Source: Planctomycetota bacterium (GTDB lineage Bacteria > Planctomycetota > B15-G4). Taken from it: DNA of 64,000 nucleotides. Made by a program: the position numbers and the translations under genes. The DNA is taken from contig CBDFJQ010000002.1 of NCBI GenBank assembly GCA_965248575.1, positions 3,520,001-3,584,000 of the forward strand. The letters run 5' to 3'. Below are positions 1 to 8,205 of this stretch, one piece after another (position 1 is the stretch's first letter; the number at the start of each line of letters is the position of its first letter). Below the pieces are notes generated by a model, which did not search any database, was not told the DNA's origin, and worked only from the letters and a program-made list of their open reading frames with translations.

Positions 1-120
1 CAGGGATCGGTAGCGCTCCAGGAAGGCTTCGAACGCCCCTGTCTCGTGATCCAGGACCCGCTTGAGGAGGACCTTGTCGTCGATTTCCATCAGCCCGGTC
101 TGGGGGAGTGTTGGCGGCAT
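1..120 (-). CDS. N-terminal fragment of a probable ECF RNA polymerase sigma factor (runs off the window edge)
   Basis: Not in the ORF track. The minus strand reads (MPPTLPQTGL)MEIDDKVLLKRVLDHETGAFEAFLERYRSL, the typical D-xx-LL-xx...-AF-xx-L-xx-RY start of ECF sigmas. In-frame ATGs at 120 and 90. Confidence 0.55.
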   Translation of the reverse strand, partial: MPPTLPQTGLMEIDDKVLLKRVLDHETGAFEAFLERYRSL

Positions 121-318
121 GGACCTACCGGATGATGGGGACAGGACGCTGACTCTTCAACCGGACGCCGTAGTGAAGCATAAGACGCGCCGTGACAAGA
201 TCTTAGATAGGCCCCCATACATTGAAAAAGAAGCCTCAATCGGCGATTATCTGACTGCCTATTGCCCGACTGCCCGGGGAACAACCCAGCGGCAGGCAAC
301 CCCGATTGGATTCCGGTC

Positions 319-2904
319 ATGACCGACAGCGCGAGCCATCGCGAGTCCTCCGTTCTCATCGAAAAGGAGATGAAGGATTCGTACCTCAGCTACGCGATGA
401 GCGTCATCGTGTCGCGTGCGCTGCCAGATGTTCGCGATGGGTTGAAGCCTAGCCAACGGCGCGTCCTCGTGGCGATGAACGACCTCAACCTGGGGCCTCG
501 CTCCAGGTTCAAGAAGTGCGCGAAGATCGCCGGCGACACCTCGGGTAACTACCACCCGCACGGTGAGGGCGTTGTCTACCCGACGCTGGTTCGCCAGGCA
601 CAGCCGTTCAACATGCGCGTGCCGTTGGTGGACGGGCAGGGAAACTTCGGCAGCGTCGACGGCGACCCTCCGGCAGCCATGCGTTACACGGAGGCTCGCA
701 TGACTGCGGCCGCTTCCGCGATGCTCGACGACATCGACAAGGAGACGGTCGACTTCGTTCCGAACTACGACGGTTCGCGCAATGAACCGACCGTCCTCCC
801 GTCGGCCTTCCCCAACCTGTTGGTCAATGGGAGCAACGGCATCGCCGTGGGCATGGCGACGAGCATGCCGCCGCACAACCCGCGCGAGGTGTTCGGGGTC
901 CTGCGGCACATGATCGATCACCCGGATGCCACCACCGAAGAGCTGATGGAGTTTCTCCCCGGTCCCGACTTTCCGACGGGCGGCATCATCTGCGGCCAGT
1001 CGGGCGTGCGCCGGGCGTACGAGACGGGTCGCGGCACCCTGACGCTGCGTGGCCGCGCTGACTGCGAAGAGGAAGAGGGCAAAAAGCGGGCACGGATCGT
1101 CATCCACGAGATCCCCTATCAGGTCAACAAGTCGAGCCTGATCGAGTCGATGGCTCAACTCGTGAAGGACCAGCGCATCAACTCGATCTATGACATCGCC
1201 GACCTCTCCGACCGGCACGGCATGCGCGTGCTGATCGAGTTGAAGAAGGGCGAAGACCCGCAGATCACGCTGAACCAGCTGTTCAAGTTCACCCAACTGC
1301 AGACGACGGTCTCCATCATCAACATTGCGTTGGTGGAGAGCCGGCCCCGGACCCTGCCGCTGATCGGTCTGGCATCCGAGTTCCTGAACCACCGGCGGGA
1401 AGTGATCCGCCGGCGTACCGAGTACCTGCTCGGTGTGGCGCAGGATCGTCAACACATCGTCGAAGGCCTGCGCATCGCGCAAGACAACATCGACGAGGTG
1501 ATTCGAATCATCCGTGCCGCACCGGACACCGCGCGCGCACAGCTCGAGCTGCAGACGACCTTCTCGCTGAGCGAGCGGCAGTCCGAAGCCATCGTCAACA
1601 TGCGGTTGCGGGCCCTGACGAGCCTCGAGGTCGAGAAGCTCGAGGCGGAGTGGCAGGAATTGGCCGCGAAGATCTCGCGTTACGAAGCGATCCTCGGCGA
1701 CCCCAAGCTGATCGACGCGCTCATCGTCGAAGACCTCGAGAAGTTGGCGGCGCAGTTCACCTCACCGCGGCAGACCGAGATCGGCCCAGCACTGGAGGGC
1801 TTCGAGGACGAGGACTTCATCGCCGATGAGACCGTGACGGTCACCTTGTCGAACCACGGCTACATCAAGCGCATGGGTGTCGACCAGTACCGCAGCCAGC
1901 GCCGCGGCGGGTCTGGCATTCGCGGGAGCGAGAGCAAGAACGATGACTTCATCGAGCAGCTCTTCGTGGCTGAGACCCATGATTCGCTGCTGTTCTTGAC
2001 CGGCTCCGGCAAGCTGCACCAGCTGAAGGTCTACCGCATTCCGAGCCTCGGTCGGACAGCCGCAGGGCGTGCGGCCGTGAACCTGCTGCCCGGCTTCTCG
2101 CCTGAGGACACGATTCAGGCAGTGATTCCCGTGCGCAGCTTTGACGAGGGCTCACTGCTCTTCTGCACGGCCAAGGGCACGGTGAAGCGCACGCCCCTGT
2201 CCGATTATCGCCGGCCCAAGGCTGGCGGCATCATCGCCATCGGTCTTGACGACGGGGACCGCGTGATCGACGTGAGGGTGGTGAACGACAAGGACGAGAT
2301 CATCCTCGGCTCGCGTTCGGGCAAGGCCATCCGTTTCCCTGTGAGTGCGATGCGTTCCATGGGGCGCCCCGCTCGCGGTGTACGCGGCATCCGACTCCTG
2401 GGCGACGATGAGGTTTGCGGCATGGCCGTCGTGACCGCTGACACCGCCCTGCTGACCGTCAGTGAGATGGGCTATGGCAAGCGCACCTCCTTCGACGAGT
2501 ACCCCCTCCGGGGTCGTGGCGGCCAGGGCGTCATCAACATCAGGACCACCAAGCGGAATGGCAATGTAGTCGCCATCCGTGCCGTGGCTCCTGAGGACGA
2601 CGTGATCTACATCACGACCGGTGGGCAGGTGGTGCGTTCCCCCGCGGGCGACATCTCCGAAATCGGACGGGCCACGCAGGGCGTGCGCCTGATGACCCTC
2701 AAGAAGGACGATCGCGTGGCCTCGGTGGCACGCGTCTTGCCCGACGATGGCGACGATGAGGAGGGGCTCGAGGGCGACGACAACGCCCCGCAGGCGTCCG
2801 CTGATGCCGAGCCGCCGGTGCCGGATTCCAACGATGGGCAGGGCGATGCGACCGATGAGCCGACGGGCGGCGAGACGGATGATGACGACGGTGACGAGTC
2901 GTGA
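319..2904 (+). CDS. gyrA: DNA gyrase subunit A
   Basis: [17 protein letters not shown], catalytic AAMRYTE, GyrA-box-like QRRGGSG, beta-pinwheel repeats, acidic tail. Start moved to ATG 319. Confidence 0.97.
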   Translation: MTDSASHRESSVLIEKEMKDSYLSYAMSVIVSRALPDVRDGLKPSQRRVLVAMNDLNLGPRSRFKKCAKIAGDTSGNYHPHGEGVVYPTLVRQAQPFNMRVPLVDGQGNFGSVDGDPPAAMRYTEARMTAAASAMLDDIDKETVDFVPNYDGSRNEPTVLPSAFPNLLVNGSNGIAVGMATSMPPHNPREVFGVLRHMIDHPDATTEELMEFLPGPDFPTGGIICGQSGVRRAYETGRGTLTLRGRADCEEEEGKKRARIVIHEIPYQVNKSSLIESMAQLVKDQRINSIYDIADLSDRHGMRVLIELKKGEDPQITLNQLFKFTQLQTTVSIINIALVESRPRTLPLIGLASEFLNHRREVIRRRTEYLLGVAQDRQHIVEGLRIAQDNIDEVIRIIRAAPDTARAQLELQTTFSLSERQSEAIVNMRLRALTSLEVEKLEAEWQELAAKISRYEAILGDPKLIDALIVEDLEKLAAQFTSPRQTEIGPALEGFEDEDFIADETVTVTLSNHGYIKRMGVDQYRSQRRGGSGIRGSESKNDDFIEQLFVAETHDSLLFLTGSGKLHQLKVYRIPSLGRTAAGRAAVNLLPGFSPEDTIQAVIPVRSFDEGSLLFCTAKGTVKRTPLSDYRRPKAGGIIAIGLDDGDRVIDVRVVNDKDEIILGSRSGKAIRFPVSAMRSMGRPARGVRGIRLLGDDEVCGMAVVTADTALLTVSEMGYGKRTSFDEYPLRGRGGQGVINIRTTKRNGNVVAIRAVAPEDDVIYITTGGQVVRSPAGDISEIGRATQGVRLMTLKKDDRVASVARVLPDDGDDEEGLEGDDNAPQASADAEPPVPDSNDGQGDATDEPTGGETDDDDGDES

Positions 2905-4190
2905 GTGATCCGCTCGTGACCATCCCGCGCGCCATCGAAGAGCTGAAGGCGGGGCGCATGATCGTCCTGGTGGACGATGAGGATCGCGAGAACGAGGGCG
3001 ATCTGGTCTGTCTCGCGAGCTTCGTGACGCCCGAGATCGTGAACTTCATGGCGGTCCATGCCCGTGGGTTGATCTGCATGCCCATGGAGAAGGCCATCGC
3101 GGACGAGCTGGAACTCCCGCTGCAGGTGGACCAGAACACCGCTCGCCGCAGCACGGCCTTCACGGTGTCCATCGAGGCGCGCACCGGGGTGACTACGGGG
3201 ATTTCGGCGGCCGACCGGGCGCGCACCATCCAGGTGGCGGCTGATCCCAATTCGGGTCCCGCGGATCTGGCGCGGCCCGGGCACGTGTTCCCCTTGCGTG
3301 CCATGTCCGGTGGCGTCTTGCGTCGCGCGGGACACACGGAGGGCGCGGTGGACCTCGCGCGCCTGGCGGGCCATCGCCCGGCGGCGGTCGTGTGCGAGAT
3401 CATGAACGACGATGGCACCATGGCCCGCTTGCCGGAGCTGCTCCGGTTTGCCGAGAAGCATGGGCTCTGCGTGAGTTCCGTCGCAGACGTCATCAGCTAC
3501 AGGCGCCAGACCGAACGCCTCATCGATCATGTGGTGAGCGTGGACCTGCCCACCGAACATGGCGAGTTCCGCTGCCATCTCTATCGCTCAAAGGAAGACC
3601 AGAGCGAACACGTGGTGATGAGCATGGGCGGGCTGGAGCCAAGTGCCGTATCGGGCCTCGAAGAGCCCGTGCTGGTGCGCGTCCATAGCGAATGCCTCAC
3701 CGGCGATGTGCTCGGTTCACTGCGTTGCGATTGCGGCGACCAGCTCAGCGCGGCCCTCGCCCAGGTGGCCGCAGCAGGTCGTGGAGCAGTGCTCTACATG
3801 CGCGCCCAGGAAGGGCGTGGCATCGGCCTGGCGAACAAGTTGAAGGCGTACCACCTTCAGCAGACCCAGGGCATGGACACGGTGGAAGCCAACCAGGCGT
3901 TGGGCTTGCCGGTGGACGTGCGCGACTACGGCGTGGGTGCCCAGATCCTGCGCGACCTCGGGCTCCGCCAGCTGCGCTTGCTCACGAACAACCCCGCCAA
4001 GTACCACGCCATGCGGGGCTACGGCCTGCAGATTGCCGAGCGGGTGCCGCTGCAGATGACCCCGAGCTCCCACAACGAGGGTTACCTGAAGACCAAGCGG
4101 GACAAGATGGGTCACGATCTCGATCTGGGCAGCAAGCCCTCCAAGGACCCAGAAGACCCTGCAGGTCCGGCGCCGGGTTTCGAGGCCTGA
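2901..4190 (+). CDS. ribBA: Bifunctional DHBP synthase / GTP cyclohydrolase II
   Basis: DDEDRENEGD, RPGHVFPL, GHTEG; VHSECLTGD...RCDC, QEGRGIG, TNNP. GTGA overlap with gyrA. Confidence 0.96.
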   Translation: MSDPLVTIPRAIEELKAGRMIVLVDDEDRENEGDLVCLASFVTPEIVNFMAVHARGLICMPMEKAIADELELPLQVDQNTARRSTAFTVSIEARTGVTTGISAADRARTIQVAADPNSGPADLARPGHVFPLRAMSGGVLRRAGHTEGAVDLARLAGHRPAAVVCEIMNDDGTMARLPELLRFAEKHGLCVSSVADVISYRRQTERLIDHVVSVDLPTEHGEFRCHLYRSKEDQSEHVVMSMGGLEPSAVSGLEEPVLVRVHSECLTGDVLGSLRCDCGDQLSAALAQVAAAGRGAVLYMRAQEGRGIGLANKLKAYHLQQTQGMDTVEANQALGLPVDVRDYGVGAQILRDLGLRQLRLLTNNPAKYHAMRGYGLQIAERVPLQMTPSSHNEGYLKTKRDKMGHDLDLGSKPSKDPEDPAGPAPGFEA

Positions 4191-4305
4191 AACGGTTTTG
4201 TTCGGCCGCTGCTGACCGAATTGCGCCCTTGCCTGGGGTTTTGCCGCCGCAGGAATATGGGCCTGTGCCAGGGCGTCCAAGCCGAACCCACCACGGACGC
4301 GGGAT

Positions 4306-4878
4306 ATGAACGAGGACGACACCCGCCTCGTCGCTCAGCTCCGGGCGGGCGATGAGGATGCCTATCGTGAACTGGTCGACACCTATCGGGACCGTCTGCT
4401 TACGGTCGTGGCCCGGGTGGCGGGCGGTTACGCCGATGCTGAGGATCTCACCCAGGAGACCTTTCTCAAGGCGTTCAACGCCATCGATCGGTTTGCCGGG
4501 CAATCCGCGCTCTACACATGGCTCTATCGAATCGGGGTCAACACGGCTCGGGACTGGGTGGCACACAAGCGCCGCCGCCCGGCCATCTCCCTCGATGGCC
4601 TGCCGCCCGGCACGGTGGATCCTCCTGCCAAAGGCTGTGGCCCGCTCGAGGCCATGGAGACGAGCGAACTCCGGGCTCGGGTGCGCGCCGCCATGGAGCG
4701 GCTGCCCGAACCCTTCCGAACCACTCTCACGCTCCGGGAACTCCAGGGGCACACGTATGAAGAGGTGGCCAACATCCTCGAAGTTTCCATTGGCACGGTC
4801 GAGTCGCGGATCTTTCGCGCACGCACCAAGCTGCGCGCCATCCTGCTCGAAGACCAAGAACCCCCAACCACAGATTGA
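4306..4878 (+). CDS. ECF sigma-70 factor (RpoE/SigW-like)
   Basis: Region 2 DAEDLTQETFLKAF...LYTWLYRIGVN; region 4 YEEVANILEVSIGTVESRIFRAR. Confidence 0.93.
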   Translation: MNEDDTRLVAQLRAGDEDAYRELVDTYRDRLLTVVARVAGGYADAEDLTQETFLKAFNAIDRFAGQSALYTWLYRIGVNTARDWVAHKRRRPAISLDGLPPGTVDPPAKGCGPLEAMETSELRARVRAAMERLPEPFRTTLTLRELQGHTYEEVANILEVSIGTVESRIFRARTKLRAILLEDQEPPTTD

Positions 4879-4881
4879 GCT

Positions 4882-5508
4882 GTGCCGAAGGACGCCCAGG
4901 ACGGCATCCCCAATGGCACCGCGCACCAACGACCGATGACGGACGACGCTCACCAACACCACGCATCAGCCACGGCGCTGGGCCCTGACGAGCCCATGAC
5001 GGATGAGCTGTGCCTCTTTGTTCTCAGCCTCGTGAAGGATGGCCGGACGCTGCACCCGACGCTGGTGACCCGGGCTCAGGGCTGGGCGGAGACGCACCCA
5101 TCCTGCCAACAGGCTCTCGGGGATTTCGCCGCCCTCAGCGAGGTCTTCCGAACGGAACCCGAGCTAAAAGCCTCGGAGGGATTCACCGAGAGCGTGCTGC
5201 GCAAGCAGCGTAGGGAGCAGCGCCAAGGGGCTCAGATCCTGCCTCTGCTCCGCCGACTGTCCATGGCGGCTGCTGTCTTGCTTGGGCTGACGGTGGCCTT
5301 CGACCTGGGTTTTCCCGGTGGTGCTGCTGCCGACGATGAGCTGGAGGCGCACGTGCATCTCATGGACTCCTTGCGCCCGGACCCCTTTGGGGGTGCGAGC
5401 AAGGCGGACGCTCTCAGGGCAGGTCTTGATGCCTTGCTGCCCGACCCGAGCCCGCGCGGCCTCGGCACGGACGCGGCACCTGAACAGGCAGAGGCGGCGG
5501 ATCGGTGA
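4882..5508 (+). CDS. Putative membrane-anchored anti-sigma factor
   Basis: Directly downstream of the ECF sigma. Degenerate zinc-finger-like HPSC segment, FTESVL motif, then one TM helix. Start uncertain (4882, 4936 or 4996). Confidence 0.55.
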   Translation: MPKDAQDGIPNGTAHQRPMTDDAHQHHASATALGPDEPMTDELCLFVLSLVKDGRTLHPTLVTRAQGWAETHPSCQQALGDFAALSEVFRTEPELKASEGFTESVLRKQRREQRQGAQILPLLRRLSMAAAVLLGLTVAFDLGFPGGAAADDELEAHVHLMDSLRPDPFGGASKADALRAGLDALLPDPSPRGLGTDAAPEQAEAADR

Positions 5509-5867
5509 TGCAAAGAGGGCCTCTTCTCGGTGCTGTCCTGTTGTTGTGCGTGCTGTCCGCAGGGCTTGGCTATGTGCTCGGCGGCCGGGCTTCGGTGGCG
5601 ACGCCTGCCCCCACCGGCCACTATCTTCGCCAGCTCAGCGAGCGGTTGGAGCTTTCGGCAGACCAGGTGGAACGCATCGATCAGCTCCTGACCAGCAGCG
5701 ATGCGGACGTTCGCCAGCTGCTGGAGGCCCATCGTGTGGAGCTCCGTGAGCCCCTGGCCACACGGCTCGATCAGACGGAGGCCGAGATCCTCGGAGTGCT
5801 CGACGAAGGACAGCGAAACCGGTACCACGAACTGAACCAAGCCGTCCCGCCCCCGAAGGGCAACTGA
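5505..5867 (+). CDS. Small periplasmic Spy/CpxP/heavy-metal-sensor-like helical protein
   Basis: N-terminal TM/signal, then LELSADQVERI and VLDEGQRNRY (LTxEQ-like motifs). Confidence 0.55.
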   Translation: MMQRGPLLGAVLLLCVLSAGLGYVLGGRASVATPAPTGHYLRQLSERLELSADQVERIDQLLTSSDADVRQLLEAHRVELREPLATRLDQTEAEILGVLDEGQRNRYHELNQAVPPPKGN

Positions 5868-5939
5868 CCCGCGGATTGAACGGCAGGCGGGGACCTCTAC
5901 TATCGGTCCCCAACGGGCTCCCATCCCCCAGGCACGAAC

Positions 5940-7556
5940 ATGGCCACGCAGACTGCGATCGACTACGGCAGCACCCGCCTTCGGCTCCTCGAGTTCGACG
6001 GCTCGGGGAAACGCGTCCGCGTTCTGGGCGTGGAGGAGGTCGACCTCAAGGTGCCCACCACGGGCGAGGACGAAATGGAGGCCGGCGACCTGCAGGCCGA
6101 GGCCATCGCGAATGCGATGAAGGAGTCGGGCTTTGCCACGGATCCTTCGGCCATGGCCTTCGATGCCAGCAGCGCTCTCTTCCGGGAGTTCGACCTTCCG
6201 TTCACCAACGATGACCAGGTCAACAAGGTGGTGCGTTTCGAGGCGGAGAGCCACATCCCGCTGGATATCGACGACGTCGTGATGCAGCACCATGTGCTGC
6301 GCAAGTCCCGGGACAAGAGCCACATCCTGGCGGCCTCCATCAAGAAGGAGGACCTGCTCGATCGGCTGGACATCCTGGATGAGGCCGGTCTCGACCCCAT
6401 GTTCGTGGACATGGACGTGTTCTCCCTGCTGCACGCGCTGGTGGCGACTGGGGTGGCGGCTGAGCACGCCGTGTCGGTGGTGGTCAACGCCCAGGAGTCC
6501 GCAACGAGCCTGCTGTTCCTGGTGAATGGCGAGCTCTACGCCGTGCGCTCCTTGCGCCTTGGGACGCATGGCATCCATGTCGCTGGCGAGCAGGACGTGG
6601 ACGCCGAAGTGGAGTCGGCGCGCATCCATGACTACTCAGGCCGCTTCAAGCGCGAGATCCGCCGAACCCTGACCACCTTGTCGGGCCTCGAGACCATCGA
6701 AGCCGTCCTGGTCACGGGCTCTGGTTCGCGCATTCCCGGCTTCCTCGAGACGGTGAGCGAGGCGTTTGGGGTCGATGCACAGGCCCTGGACCTCCTGTCC
6801 TACGTGGACCACAAGCTCTCCGAGGAGGATGTGGAGCGCTACGGACCTGACATCGGCGTGGCTCTCGGTGTGGCCTTCAAGCTGAACGGCTTCAACCTGA
6901 CGTCCACGGACTTCCGGAAGGACGAGTGCGCCTACACACGCAAGTTCGATCAGGTGAAGTCACCTTTGATCGTGGTGTCCTTCCTCTTGTTCCTGGTCGT
7001 GGCCTTGGGCTGCATCGACGCCATCTACAGGGTGCGCAAGGCTGAACGCGAGTTCAGCCATGTCTCCGTGAGGGCGCAACGGGAGCTCGAGGGGCTGGAG
7101 GCGGACAACGAAGTGGCTCGTCGCGTTTGGGAGCCCGTTGAGTTCGGCCCGCGCCGCGTGGATGCGGTCACGAATCGCATTGACGAGATTCGCGAGGAGT
7201 CGGCTCGGCAGCTCGGCCGCAGCGCCGTCATCCCGGATCAGGCCTCGGCAGTTCACGCCTGGATCGAGTTCTCGAAGCTGATCAAGAATGCAGAGAAGAC
7301 CTTGGGGCGCATCGCCCTGAAACGCCTCGACATCACGGTGACTGGGAAGAACCCCGAGATTCGCATCAGCGGAATCATGGAGAGTGCTTCCAAGTTCAAC
7401 ACCTTGCTCGACCTGTTCGAGGACGACGCCCTCTACCGGGAGGTCGACCCCGGCGCTGCGAAGCCCACCGATGACGGCATGTCGTCCTTCGGAGACACGG
7501 TGATCCAGCTCAACCTCGATGTGTTGGAAGCCCGCAAGGAGGCCACCTCCGCATGA
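5940..7556 (+). CDS. PilM-like actin-fold domain fused to TM and periplasmic domain (GspL / PilM-PilN architecture)
   Basis: AIDYGSTRLRLL, VRFEAESHIPLDIDDVVM, LVTGSGSRIPG, ALGVA, one TM, then coiled coil and ferredoxin-like segment. Confidence 0.75.
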   Translation: MATQTAIDYGSTRLRLLEFDGSGKRVRVLGVEEVDLKVPTTGEDEMEAGDLQAEAIANAMKESGFATDPSAMAFDASSALFREFDLPFTNDDQVNKVVRFEAESHIPLDIDDVVMQHHVLRKSRDKSHILAASIKKEDLLDRLDILDEAGLDPMFVDMDVFSLLHALVATGVAAEHAVSVVVNAQESATSLLFLVNGELYAVRSLRLGTHGIHVAGEQDVDAEVESARIHDYSGRFKREIRRTLTTLSGLETIEAVLVTGSGSRIPGFLETVSEAFGVDAQALDLLSYVDHKLSEEDVERYGPDIGVALGVAFKLNGFNLTSTDFRKDECAYTRKFDQVKSPLIVVSFLLFLVVALGCIDAIYRVRKAEREFSHVSVRAQRELEGLEADNEVARRVWEPVEFGPRRVDAVTNRIDEIREESARQLGRSAVIPDQASAVHAWIEFSKLIKNAEKTLGRIALKRLDITVTGKNPEIRISGIMESASKFNTLLDLFEDDALYREVDPGAAKPTDDGMSSFGDTVIQLNLDVLEARKEATSA

Positions 7557-8077
7557 AGATCGCCTGGGACTTCGAAAAGGGCCTGCTGGCCTTCATGGCC
7601 CTGCTGATCGTGGGTGGGGTTGGCGTGATCATCTGGCAGCGCAGTGTGGCGGAGGATCTGATGCGGCAGCTGCCGCGTGCCGAGAATCAGCTGGCTCACA
7701 TCGGCCAGACGGTCTACGAGACCTTGGCCCTGCGCGGTGCCATTCGAGACGACGAGATGGCCAGCGGAATGCGGCCCTTCGAGTACCTCGAATCGCAGAT
7801 GGTGAAGAGCAAGATCGGCAAGAAGTTCTCAATCGCAAAGCGGAATACCGACGACAGGGGCGGCTACTCAGACACGACCTGGGAGCTGAAACCCACCAGT
7901 GCCAACACCGATTTCGATCGCCAGACCTTGGGCATCTTCCTGATTTACATCGAAGCGAAGACCACTCTGATGAAGGTCTCACGCATCAAGCTCGACCTGT
8001 CGACCCGGCGCGGCGCCACAGTCGATGACTGGAAGCCTCTGATCGAGGTCGTCGAACGCCGAGCCGCCGTGCTCTGA
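7553..8077 (+). CDS. Bitopic membrane protein, probable GspM/PilO-like partner
   Basis: ATGA overlap with the upstream gene, N-terminal TM, coiled coil, LGIFLIYIE...MKVSRIKL. Confidence 0.45.
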   Translation: MKIAWDFEKGLLAFMALLIVGGVGVIIWQRSVAEDLMRQLPRAENQLAHIGQTVYETLALRGAIRDDEMASGMRPFEYLESQMVKSKIGKKFSIAKRNTDDRGGYSDTTWELKPTSANTDFDRQTLGIFLIYIEAKTTLMKVSRIKLDLSTRRGATVDDWKPLIEVVERRAAVL

Positions 8078-8205
8078 GGGCCAGGAACGGCCCTTCGCAC
8101 GGAAGGCGCAATCGGGAAAGCAGGCGGGAACCAAAAAAGGGTTCCACCCGGCCGCTGAGCCTGCCGAAGGAGGAGAGATCCGCCCGGATCCTCCCCGCGA
8201 GACAG

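Noticed and set aside
259..1482. Long antisense or alternate-frame ORFs (e.g. 259..1482, 21617..23290, 27385..28806, 59102..60637)
   Set aside because: Shadow ORFs of well-supported genes, expected at high GC; no motifs.
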